Of a stretch of DNA of 64,000 bases, positions 1 through 11,204 are shown piece after piece (the first letter of the stretch is position 1; every line of letters starts with the position of its first letter). Origin of the DNA: Octopus vulgaris. Its lineage: Eukaryota. Position numbers and translations under genes: made by a program. Location of the stretch: contig OX597817.1 of assembly GCA_951406725.2 (NCBI GenBank), forward strand, positions 143,406,001 to 143,470,000, written 5' to 3'. Below the pieces are notes generated by a model. It ran no database searches, was not told the DNA's origin, and saw nothing but the letters and a program-made list of their open reading frames with translations.

Positions 1-37
<37 letters not shown>

Positions 38-1210
38 GCGCGCACACGCACACAAACACACACATACTTATAAACAAAACTATAATGGAAAGACTTTAAA
101 GTAAAGACTATTTGCCAACAAAATGTGGCTGTCCTGGACTTTCAAAGAACTATGAAGTTCTTTATAGCATTCATTTAAATCAGCAGTTTGTGATTTGTGA
201 GAAACTTGGCTGCTATTTTCAGCAGATAGAGTAAGCATTGTATAAGCTGCCTATTGAACAAAATTGTCACTAAACAGTTCTCTCTCTCTTGCTCTGTTTA
301 TGTTTTACAGTTTCATATCTTCAAACAAAAAACTGAGCCAAGGGGTAACTTTTATTCATCACTACAAGAACAGACTGTGTTTAGAGACTTTGAGACAGTG
401 TTTAGAGCAATTTTGGCTACTTCGTTATGGAGAGTTAACAAAGGAAAAGTTTTCCAAGACACGTATATGTACATATCAAAACATAATCACAAGGGTTTAG
501 TCAGTCTGGGGTAAAAGAGAAGACACTTGCCCAAGGCACCATACAGTAGGACTGAATTGGAAACCATGTGGTTGGAAAGCAAATTCCTTATCCAGACAGC
601 CACACCCATCTCTATATGTGTGTGTGTGTATATTATAGATAGAGATATATATAATATAATATATTTATATATTTTAGATAGATAGAGATATATATAATGT
701 ATATATACATTAAAGATAGATAGAGATATAATATATATATATTTACACATATAGATAGATATATATGTGTGTGTGTATATATATATAAAATATCAGTGAA
801 TGAGTCTTTAATTGACAAAATGATGCTACCAAAGAACAATATTATGTGCAGGTGTATATAAGTTGTCATTCAACATTGTTCATCGTGAGAAACAAATTGT
901 TTGCACCTGTTATTTGTTGCACCTTTATGGTTATTTTAATTTCAGAACCACACAATCAAGTTTTACCAGCGCTTGTACTGAAAATGCCATAAAATGTAAC
1001 TTAATGTCAAAAGAAATTATGACATTTGGTATAATGGTACATGTATGTGTGTATATATAATTACAGATATATACACACACACAAACTTATATATATATAT
1101 ATATATATATACATATATAAATAAGGATAAGATCGTTAATTTAAAAATAAAATAACGATTTTATCAAGTGGTCAGCATGGAAAAAATAACCTTCAAAGGT
1201 AATAATTATT

Positions 1211-1415
1211 AAAATTATAAATTAGGATGTCTACGAGATACCACCATGCTGAAAATAGCAGCCGTGATCTGACTTTAAAACCACCTAAATTGTCCATATA
1301 TCCATCTTGTCTCTTTGTTTTCTCTCCGTGTTGATCTATGGACAATTTAGGTGGTTTTAAAGTCAGATCATGGCTGCTATTTTCAGCATGGTGGTATCTT
1401 GTAGATACCCTAATT

Positions 1416-1424
<9 letters not shown>
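1211..1424. repeat. Foldback (inverted repeat), ~88-bp arms, ~38-nt loop
   Basis: aaaattataaattaggatgtctacgagataccaccatgctgaaaatagcagcc...tgtccata pairs with tatggaca...ggctgctattttcagcatggtggtatcttgtagataccctaatttataatttt. Confidence 0.9.
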
Positions 1425-1450
<26 letters not shown>

Positions 1451-1517
1451 GAACAGGAAGAATGTTCAGAGCACATGACCAATACAACATGCTTGAATAA
1501 CTTGACAGCAACTGTAA

Positions 1518-1557
<40 letters not shown>

Positions 1558-2401
1558 TAAGTATGATTTCATTTGAAATATTTTTACACTTTATTTGGAA
1601 TGGAGAAGGAGGTCTGGTGTATATTTTTTTTCTTAGTTTTCTTTTAGCTTTATAACTTAAAATGAAAGATTATTCAACACTAATTCAAAAACATGCCACT
1701 TTATCTTATTTACATATTCATTATTCCCTTTAAAATATTTTATTTCCTTAGGCAATAATAATAATAATAAATTATTATTATTATTATTATTTTGGTTCTC
1801 CTGCCCCTTAATCAATAACAATGAGTGAAGAGAGACCATTTTGGGTACGGCAAGTCTGAGGGTGAGCCATTGATATATTTTATTTTCACTTATTGAACCC
1901 ACTTCAGCAGCATAGCTAAAAGGGTATGTGCCACCCTGGGCTGCCCTTTGAGTTTGCACCACTCCCTCCCTTTTCCCCATCCCCACTCACCCAATACACC
2001 CTACACAAACTTATACAGCAAAAGTGCCACCCCAATAAATGCATTGCCCAGAGTAGTCTGCCCTTGTTCCAGTTCTGCTCCTGCCCCCCCCCCCCTCAAC
2101 CCATATCTAAAACTGTTCAGGAATTTTTGCATGAAGTAAAGTGGGGGTGTTCTCATTATGAAACACTCTCTAAATTAGACGTGTGTGTGTGTACACATAA
2201 ATATACCATTTACCAAACTCCCACTTCCTTTACGAGGAAAAGAAACAGAAAATGTTATTCAGCAGAATATATATTCATAGACAATATTTCAAGGGACATA
2301 ACCACATGATTTGGAATAGCGCCCATATGCGTGTGTATGTGTGTGTGCATAAAATGATATATATTTTATATACATATATATATTTATTTATGATGTATGT
2401 G

Positions 2402-2857
2402 TAATAAAGAAAGATGAACAATCATAGATATATAGAATATGGTTACATGAGATGCTACATAATATTACATGATATAATCAGATCTTTACAGCTGTTTTGA
2501 GGAACTCTGTCAATAGTGGATATCATGATGCATATTATTTGATTAGCCATAAGCATTAAAAGGCGTTATTCAAAAGCACTTATGGTATTTCACACACCTT
2601 CTGAAGACGATGCACTGTGTTTGACGCATGAAGGTATTTATATAGCATAGCTCTCGCATATTGGCATTATATTTGCTTTTGAATAATATTGTCTAATAAT
2701 GTTTATACCTAACTGCATAATATGCATAATAATATCCACTATTCACAAGATGCATCGAAACAACTGTAAAGATCTGATTGTATCATGCAATATTATGCCA
2801 CAACTCCTGTAACTATATTCCATACATCTATGATCATTTGTTCATCTCTCTTTATTA
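2402..2857. repeat. Imperfect foldback, ~180-bp arms, Penelope-like
   Basis: taataaagaaagatgaac...cagatctttacagctgttt...ttattcaaaagca (2402-2578) pairs with tgcttttgaataa...gaaacaactgtaaagatctg...gttcatctctctttatta (2674-2857). Confidence 0.8.
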
Positions 2858-3316
2858 TCTATCATTTGCTCAGGCTTTCTTTGCACCAACTCTTCAGCTT
2901 TGAAGAACCTTATTCTGGTTGAGAAGCTGGATTTTTAAGAATTCAGACTGTCCGAGCACTAACCTGGTGCCTACCTATCTTTGTGTAAGCATCCTCATAC
3001 TCATTATATATATATGTGTGTATACATATATGAGGAGGTGTGAAAGAGAGAGGGCGAGAAAGAGAGAAGAGACACCTATTCTTGATCAAATCAGCCAATT
3101 AGTGTTTGTGTGTGTGTGATACATATATGTATATATATATATATACACATATATATATATGAAAAAATACATAAAAGTTTTGCTTTTTCTTCTGTTTTTG
3201 AGTTTTTCTTTTACAGAAAGGTTAAAATGAAATAATAATAATTATTATATTATTATTAATAATAATAATGATAATGTCAACAAAGTATAACTGAAAACAC
3301 TGAAGGTTCAGCTCTG

Positions 3317-4203
3317 TCACAAACACGTCTCAGCTGTAGCTTTTATTTGAGTAGAAGAGGGGGAGGAGGAGGAGGAGGAGGAGGAAGAGGAAGGGGTGGC
3401 GGAGTTTGGCAAAGCATCGACATGCTCAGTAGTAGAGTTTCGACTGATAGGGTTGCTATTGGCAACACCGCTGTTCTCACAATAGTCTGCAATTGATGCA
3501 CCGAATGTCCTCTCGCTCAAGAGCTCTGGTCTGCTGAGGGCATCGGCAGCAGGAGGTGCTGGTAGCGGCGGGGGGGAAGAGGGAGTGTTCGTAAGAATAT
3601 CACACGGAACATCAGTTCTGTAGCTTGCTGGTAAAGTGGTCGAACAGGGTGTCAATCCTTCGGGGTCTGTCATGGTTCCTTGAGAGCGTCCCGGATACAT
3701 TGACGGTGTGGTATCAATGGTAAGGTTCCCTATTTCAGGACGATACGCTGGCGTATGATGGTCCACAGGGTAGGGCCTGAAATGGTTCATAGTGCTAAAG
3801 TTACTATCAGTGTTGATAGAGTTTGTATTGGACTCTAAAGTGTCATTAGATATGGGATCGTTCTGGAAGTCCGACAGGTCTGCTATGGCAAAGCTCTCAG
3901 AGTCACACTCAGTCAGGGGCAGTGACGGCCGAGAATGGGCATCGCTCATTTGTGACCTGTAGGTAGGAGGTAAAGAATTTGGGTAACTTTCATTTGGGTT
4001 AGGTGGGAACACCATATAAACTCCCGGTCGCAGGGTGCTGGCCCGTGACCGATAGGTAGGAGGTGGAGAACTTGGTAGGCTGTAATTATCGGTGTTGTTG
4101 ATAGATTGTTGGTACTGTTGTAGTAGCTGCTGTTGGTACTCTTGCATAGACACATCATACGAAGGTGGTGGTCGACGATATTGAAACTCAGGGTACATGA
4201 TAC
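3317..4203 (-). CDS. Terminal coding exon of a membrane protein with a PPxY-rich, Pro/Ser/Thr-rich cytoplasmic tail
   Basis: This is the only long, non-repetitive, GC-richer ORF (track 3317..4273). The acceptor is tctgcaatttcag|GT at 4204/4203 (phase 1). It reads (G)IMYPEFQYRRPPPSYDVSMQEYQQQ...SSPPPTYRS...SLPPTYRS...AETCL* with TGA at 3317-3319. The ORF part from 4204 to 4273 is interpreted as intron. Confidence 0.88.
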
Positions 4204-4845
4204 CTGAAATTGCAGACAGACAGCAGATTAGTGAAACAATGCAAATAAGCAATTTGGCTGAGACAAAATTCACATTATTCCTAGGGTATCACTATAGTTT
4301 CAAACAGACTGATGGTGGCATTCTACATCAACAAACATCAATTCATTAATACAGCATAATCTGAAAAACAATTAAGCTTCTTGTTACCATGTTTCTGTGG
4401 AAAAACAGTGCCTTTCATCATCATCGTATAATGTCCGCTTTCCATGCTGGCATGGGTTGGTCAGTTTGACCGGCAAGCCAGATGGCTGCACCAGGCTCCA
4501 ATCTGATCTAGCAAGGTTTCTACAGCTGGATGCCCTTCCTAACACCAACCACTCCGAGAGTGTATTGGGTGCTTTTTACATGCCACCAGCACAGGGGCCA
4601 GTCAGGCGGCACTGTCTTTGTTTTAATTAATTTTGAAAAATAATTTGTCATTCCTGAGCTGGTATTTGCAACAAAAATTAACATAGAATTTTGATGGAAA
4701 GATTTCAATCAGATCACATTAACCATTTTGCTACCATATTTCTGTTGAAATACACTGCCTTAGTTTCAATTAACTTACAAACAAATGAAGAATTCTTTAC
4801 ATTATTTACATTTGACAGATATTTGTCGTCATCTTGTTTGTTGTT

Positions 4846-4891
4846 AACACAACGTTTCGGCTGATGTACCCTCCAGCCTTCTTCAGGTGTC
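4846..4891 (-). ncRNA. Minimal type I hammerhead ribozyme motif (core intact)
   Basis: Minus strand GACAC-CTGAAGA-A-GGCTG-gagggtacat-CAGCC-GAAA-CGTT-GTGTT. Stem I is GACAC/GTGTT, stem II is GGCTG/CAGCC, and stem III is the palindromic AACGTT typical of Penelope-associated minimal hammerheads. Confidence 0.7.
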
Positions 4892-4940
4892 TTGGGGAAA
4901 TTTCAAACCTGGGTTCTCATTCCTAAGGTATTTTTTGATA

Positions 4941-4972
<32 letters not shown>

Positions 4973-5113
4973 GTGCCTGTGGGCATATGGCATAGTGGTT
5001 AAGAGCAAGGGCTACTAAACCCAAGACTCTGAGTTCGATTCCAGGCAGTAACCTGAATAATAATAATCGAAAAATACCTTAGGAATGAGAAACCAGGTTC
5101 GAAATATCCCCAA

Positions 5114-5159
5114 GACACCTGATGAAGGTTGGAGGGTATATCAGCCGAAACATTGTGTT
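5114..5159 (+). ncRNA. Hammerhead motif, inverted partner copy (stem III mutated)
   Basis: GACAC-CTGATGA-A-GGTTG-gagggtatat-CAGCC-GAAA-CATT-GTGTT; AACGTT has become AACATT (CpG decay). Confidence 0.6.
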
Positions 5160-5758
5160 AACAACAAACAAGATGGGGACAAATATCTGTCAAATGTAAA
5201 TAATGTACATAATTCCTCATCTCTTAAATATAGAACTGTAAATGAAGAATTTACGAAAATAACTATCATTATTTTTAGCTTGTATTTGGAACAAAAATTA
5301 ACACAGAATTTTGATAGGCCTTTAATTTAAAGCGCTTGAAAGCAGGAAGATTGTATCATAAAACAAGGAGCAGTCTCAGTATCAAAAGGGCTTATATCAT
5401 GAGGAATGTGCCTGCCTGGTGAAGGACAGCTGCATGAAACATTACATCATTCCTTCTCATAGCAAAGTAACATACTTTGTTGATTTGCATTTTTCTTTTT
5501 TCAACTTTCTTTTATCACCGAATCAAAACTATTTTACATTAAATAGATGGGAGACGCACAACCTCAGTAGCTTTCTGAAGTTCAAATCAAATAAATGGAA
5601 GAATTCAACTTGAAATTGCAAAGAAAGGAAAATGGAATGGCTGCAGCAATGGTACCTTTGCACAGACATTACTTTGTAACATCAATAAACACACACTATT
5701 TGAATGAATGAATTGTTGGCTGGTTGGTTGGTGGGGGGGGGGGGTGTAACTGAATGTA

Positions 5759-5847
5759 CAGGGTGGAACAAAATGATCTGACACATTTGGAGGCTTAATA
5801 AAAGCAAAAAATAAGAAATAATGAAAAGAAAAATTTGGTCCACCCTG
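5759..5847. mobile_element. Tiny Tc1/mariner-type MITE
   Basis: TA-cagggtggaacaaaat ... atttggtccaccctg-TA. Confidence 0.7.
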
Positions 5848-7217
5848 TATATTGTTCTTGTCTTGATGTGTGAGAGTTGACAGTAAACAAAAGCCTTACT
5901 GTTCTTAATAATGGTGTTGTCCTCCACAAAGGCATGTCTGGGCCGTTCACTGTTAGCTGGGTGATTATTACCATGTTAAGAAACATTGTGAGAGTTGGAA
6001 TCAGGAAAGGCATCTAGCTACAGAAAATTCTGTCACCACAGAGTCTCATCTAACCCATGCAAGCATTGAAAAGTGGATGTCAAGAAAATGATTATATATA
6101 TATATATCAATCAAAATCGCTGACGTGGCCGATGACAGTACCACCTTATTGGCACTCGTGCCAGTGGCACGTTATAAGCACATCAAAGTGTGATCATTGC
6201 CAGGGCCACGGATTGGCTCCCGTGCTGGTCAGATCAGATAGGAGCCTCGTGCAGCCATCTAGTTCGCCAGTCCTCAGTCAAAATCGTCCAACACATGCCA
6301 GCATGGAAAGAGGACATTAAATGACAATGATGATGATACATATATCATCATCGTCGTCATTTAACATCCACTTTCCATGCTGGCATGGGTTGGACGATTT
6401 GACTGAGGTCTGGTGAACCAGAGGGCTGCACCAGACTCCAATCTGATCTGGCAGAGTTTCTACAGCTGGATGCCCTTCCTAACGCCAACCACTCCGAGAG
6501 TGTAGTGGGTGTTTTTACGTGCCACCGGCACAGGAGCCAGTAAGGCGATGCTGGTAACAAGCACGCTCGAATGGTGCCTTTTACGTGCCATATATACATA
6601 TATATATATATAATCATCATCGTTAACATCTGCTTTCCATGCTGGCATGGGTTGGACGGTTTGACCGAGGGCTAGCAAGCCAGAAGGCAGCACCAGGCTC
6701 CAATCTCATCTAGCAATGTTTCTACAGCTGGATGCCCTTCCTAACGCCAACCACTCCGAGGGTGTAGTGGCTGCTTTTTACATGCCACTGGCATGAGAGC
6801 CAGTAAGGTGGCATTGGCATCGACACGCTTGAATGGTGCTTTTTACGTGCCACTGGCACAGGAGCCAGTCAGGTGTCACTGGCAACATGATTGAATCATC
6901 TCCCATTGATGATGATGTATAGGAGTTCAGTTTCTGCTAAACAACGAGCTTGTAATGGCCAAATGTATGTGCTGTACATTAGCTCATTCCCTCCGTCACG
7001 TTAACCTTGCCTGTACAGGTGCATGAGTGTGCCACACATCAGATGTAGAAATGATTACAGACCAACATGAAATGAAATGTTTCAAACACAATGCACTACC
7101 TAGTCCAAGAAATGAACCCACACTCTAGTAATCAAGAGTGCAACAGCCTAACCACTAGGCTGCGCACTTAGTGGTTAGATGTTTGTTTTTGTGTGTGTGT
7201 GTGTGTGTATATAGTGA

Positions 7218-7527
7218 AGGTGCATGGCTCAGTGGTTAGAGCGTTGGGCTCACAATTATGAGGTGGTGAGTTTGATTCCCGAACCAGGCTGTGTATTGTG
7301 TTCTTGACACTTTATTTCACATTGCTCTAGTTCCTCTCATCTATTCAAATGAGTTGTGACATCACTGGTGCCAAGCTGTATCAGCCTTTGTCTTTCCTTT
7401 GGATAACATCGATGGCGAGGAGAGGAGAGGCTGGTATGCATGGGCGACTGCTGGTCTTCCATAAACGACCTTGCCTGGACTTGTGCCTGGGAGGGGAACT
7501 TTCTAGGTGCAATCCCATGGTCATTCA
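7218..7527 (+). mobile_element. SINE family D
   Basis: Colinear with 23287-23623. Confidence 0.8.
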
Positions 7528-7940
7528 ATAAATGAAAATGGAGAAGAAAAATTAAAAAGATGTTTGGTTCATTTTATTTGTATTACAATTAGAAAAGTAA
7601 TGCAAATTAAAAGATGAAAAAATTCCTATAAGAGTATAATATAAATAAAACAAACCAAGCATCTATTTAATTTTTTTTCTCCATTTTCTTTTATTGACCT
7701 TTTAATTTTATGAGACTGTTTATACACATGTATATTGATGATCTTCCTATAAAAATATTTGGTTAAACACAGTTGGTATCAGGATTGTTTTTAACAATCC
7801 CTTACGTGGATACTGCTTCCTCAAATTCTGTGCATGTATATATATGTGGGACGTTAAAAGCACATCCTGGTGCCAGTCCTCAGTCAAATCGTCCAACCCA
7901 TGCCAGCATGGAAAGCGGACGTTAAACAATGATGATGATG

Positions 7941-8060
7941 ATTGTTGTATTTGGGGATGGTCATGTGGCCAATTTAGCCAATGAAAACACATGCACTATA
8001 TATAGTACTTGTGTTTTCATTGACTAAATTGGCAACATGACTATCCCCAAATACAACAAT
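7941..8060. repeat. Near-perfect 120-nt palindrome
   Basis: attgttgtatttggggatggtcatgtggccaatttagccaatgaaaacaca...tgtgttttcattgactaaattggcaacatgactatccccaaatacaacaat, centred on ctatatatag. Confidence 0.9.
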
Positions 8061-9251
8061 ATCTGTTTCAACACACAAGTTCACATCAAGAATCTTGCAA
8101 AATAAATACATAAACGTATATATATATATAAGCAACAAGGATATCCAGAGGTATATCCTCTGGATATACTTGTTGCTTATTTTGATTTTAATCACCTTAC
8201 TTTGAAATTGTATGGATAATACCGTACTAAATTCTGGTGCCTCAACTTAAGTACCATATTCATCTGAATCTAAATTTTTGCTGAACTCATCTACAATACC
8301 CAATGTATATATATAACACACACACACAAATCTTATTTTAAAATAACTTGAACGCAAAAACAAAAGAAACTGCAGCAGAAAGTTGTGCCAACTATAAACA
8401 TCACATTTTTTAATACATAGCTGGGCCTCAAATACTTTGGTCCAAGCACAGCCTTGCATCCCCTTTTTCCAGGTTTTATGTATGTAGCAGTTCTAACTCC
8501 AAAATTATTTTAAACCAATTATGTGGAATAGAATTATTTGGTTGATAGGGCGGCAAGCTGGCAGAATCGTTTGCACACCAGGCGAAATGCTTAGTGGTAT
8601 TTCGTCTGCCGCTACATTCTGAGTTCAAATTCCACTGAGGTTGACTTTGCCTTTCATCCTTTCAGGGTCAATAAATTAAGTACCAGTTGCGTACTAGAGT
8701 TGATGTAATCGACTCACTCCTTCCCCAAATATTTCAGGCCTTGTGCCAAGAGTAGAAAAGAACTTTTTGGTTGACAAAGTAGTAGCAAGCTTCTTTTATG
8801 AGAACTGGTTTTTGGTTGGCAGCTCGACATTTGTCTTGCTTCTTTCAGTTGACCGACTGTGGCCATGCTTGAGCACCACCTTGATGGATTTAGTTGAACA
8901 AATATTTATTGTATCAGTCTCCTTCACTGAACCAACAGGTGTTATTTTGTTAACACCAATGTAAATGATGGGAGTGTAAACAAAACAACACCAATCCTGG
9001 GGGAGACAAACACACACACATACATACATACATACAACAGGCTTCCACACGATTTCCGTGTAACAAATACACTCACAAGGCATAGGTAAACCCAGGGCAA
9101 TAAAAGACACTTGCCCAAGGGGCCACAGAGTGGGACTGAACCCAGCACTTCTGAGTTGCAAAGCAAACTTCTTAAAGTGTACAATAACAAAAAAACTCCG
9201 TTAGTCATCAATTTTATTTAATATTTTAATCAAAAGAACTGAAAACTTTAC

Positions 9252-9413
9252 CTCCATGCCAATAGCCTTCTCGAGTCCGCTGCATACCATGTGATCGGGC
9301 TTGGTTGAGTAAACTGTGATCTCCTAAACCGAATAGTAAATGAAGTGGTTCGTGCCCCTGGGGGGTGAACTTCCAACCAACAATTACTACAATGAGGAGC
9401 AACAGTCCAAGAC
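9252..9413 (-). CDS. Internal 162-nt coding exon of the same gene (transmembrane segment)
   Basis: Acceptor tgtttgtctttgcag|GT and donor GGAG|gtaaag. The exon is 162 nt and phase 1-1, reading (G)LGLLLLIVVIVGWKFTPQGHEPLHLLFGLGDHSLLNQARSHGMQRTREGYWHG(G). It splices in frame to the 4203 exon across a 5048-nt GT-AG intron. Confidence 0.85.
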
Positions 9414-10254
9414 CTGCAAAGACAAACACAACATGATGTTTACACAGAGAATACACACAACAAAGTTTAATTGTAGAAATAAAACCAAAATAATATTAAA
9501 ACACAAACAAAGGCAGCAAGCTGGTTGAACCATTAGCACGCTGGGCAAAATGCTTAGAGGCCATCTCTATGTTCTGAGTTCAAATTCCACCAGGATTGAC
9601 TGTACTTTTCATCTTTTTGAGCCGCAGCTGAGCACTGGAGTTGATGTAACCGAGTTAACTACCCGCCATTGAAATTGCTGGCCATGTTCCAGAATTTGAA
9701 ACCAATATTAAAAAGTACCTGTGTACCAAAGTTCCGTAAACTAGGAAAGAAGATATAAGCTAAGAGTGTTCTCTTATCAGCCAGCGTTACTCACCACCAT
9801 CGGAAACACGGTACATTTTATATTTTACAATTTTTTGTCCGTCTAATTTTATCTTATTTTCATTTAGAACATTTCCTGACTCTGACATCAAATATAGCAG
9901 ACGGATGGAGAGACAAAATTCTATATTGGAATGGTTTTTAAGACAGGACATTTTTTTTTATGGTTAAACACCAATCTATCGTTCCATCATCTCATCTTCT
10001 GCTATCTTTGGGAGAGGGCGAGTCACCAATTTTATATATATGTTTGTTTTATGTTCAGTTATAATAAAAACAATTTTACATTAATCTGATGAGTTGCTCT
10101 GTACTTTTGTAGAGTACAAATTTATTATTGATAGTGACTTCGAAGTTTCAGCCAGTCAAGCCATACATATATAAAAATATATAAGGATATTATTGTTCGT
10201 AATTCACAATAATATCAGTGGCTAGCATGTGTAAAAAAACCATAAAGACAAAAA

Positions 10255-10500
10255 TAATTAATTGATAACATGGTAATAATTGGAAGCACCAGCATGCTAA
10301 AAATTGCAGTCAACAATGACTCAAACCCATAAATTTTCACTTTCACACTATAGTAAAGTTGAGGAAACAAGCAAAAAATTTTTTGCTCATTCCCCCAACT
10401 TCACCATCATGTGAAAGTGGAAATTTGTGGTTTTCAGTCATTCTTGACTGCTATTTTCAGCATGCTGGTGCTTCCAATAGTACCCTTCGTTATTAATTAA
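10255..10500. repeat. Imperfect foldback, ~120-bp arms, related to 1211-1424
   Basis: ttggaagcaccagcatgctaaaaattgcagtcaa...gcaaaaaatt|ttttgc...ttgactgctattttcagcatgctggtgcttccaa. It shares the CATGCTGAAAATAGCAG core and a similar left flank with 1211-1424. Confidence 0.8.
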
Positions 10501-11162
10501 TTAATTTATTAATATGTATATATATATATATATATAAATATAAATGGCGGTGCATCAGCATGGCCGCAGCTCTGAGCTGAAACTTTAATAATATATATAT
10601 ATACATATATGTATGTAGGTTGAAAACCCAAGATATACAGTAAAATAAGGATCCAGATAAGAATCAGGTACTTGAAAAGATATGTGCCAGGTAGTGTTGG
10701 AAAAACTTTGGTTCCGGCCTATGGTTAGTAAGTATAAAATAGGATATTCTGGTTGTGTACGCAGAGAAAACCAACCCCATGAGTATTTAGCACCTAGAGG
10801 CTGGTCCAAAGCATGCATTACATTGAATAATACGTTATTGGTATACCCTAGGGTGCCTGACAAGTCGTAAATCCCCTTGGTGTATAACAAATGAATTGTT
10901 ATCCCTTGGTGTATTCAAATGAATAACAACAGACGATGGATAATTGTCAATCATCCATTGTATATAGTTATTCATTTGGTTTTATATATATATATACAAG
11001 CACAGGAGTGGCTGTGTGGTAAGTAGCTTGCTTATCATCCACATGTTTCCGGTTTCAGTCCCACTGCGTGGCGCCTTGCGCAAGTGCCTTCTACTATATA
11101 GCCTCGGGCTGACCAAAGCCTTGTGAGTGGATTTGGTAGATGGAAACTGAAAGAAGCCCATC

Positions 11163-11204
<42 letters not shown>

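Larger units (their letters stand above)
4795..5239. mobile_element. Composite retroelement: inverted Penelope-type arm + tRNA-like head + direct Penelope-type arm
   Basis: Arms of ~145 bp (~4798-4945 and ~5058-5207) are reverse complements. A tRNA-like segment lies at 4981-5055 (TGGCATAGTGG A box, GTTCGATTCC B box). The 12-bp direct repeat AAATGAAGAATT flanks it at 4783-4794 and 5240-5251. Confidence 0.75.

Noticed and set aside
4204-4273. N-terminal extension of the 318-aa ORF (MNFVSAKLLICIVSLICCLSAIS), which looks like a signal peptide
   Set aside because: The track start is not an ATG, and the stretch is the pyrimidine-rich acceptor region. An in-frame upstream exon explains the gene better.
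4981-5055. tRNA gene (likewise the heads at 7218, 23287 and 44614)
   Set aside because: A and B boxes are present but there is no proper acceptor stem, and each continues into repeat sequence, so these are SINE heads.
9795-9951. Minus-strand open frame ending ...MYRVSDG|gtgagt, phase-compatible with the 9413 exon
   Set aside because: The donor is good, but the peptide is AT-rich and featureless and no convincing acceptor is present. It cannot be supported without RNA data.
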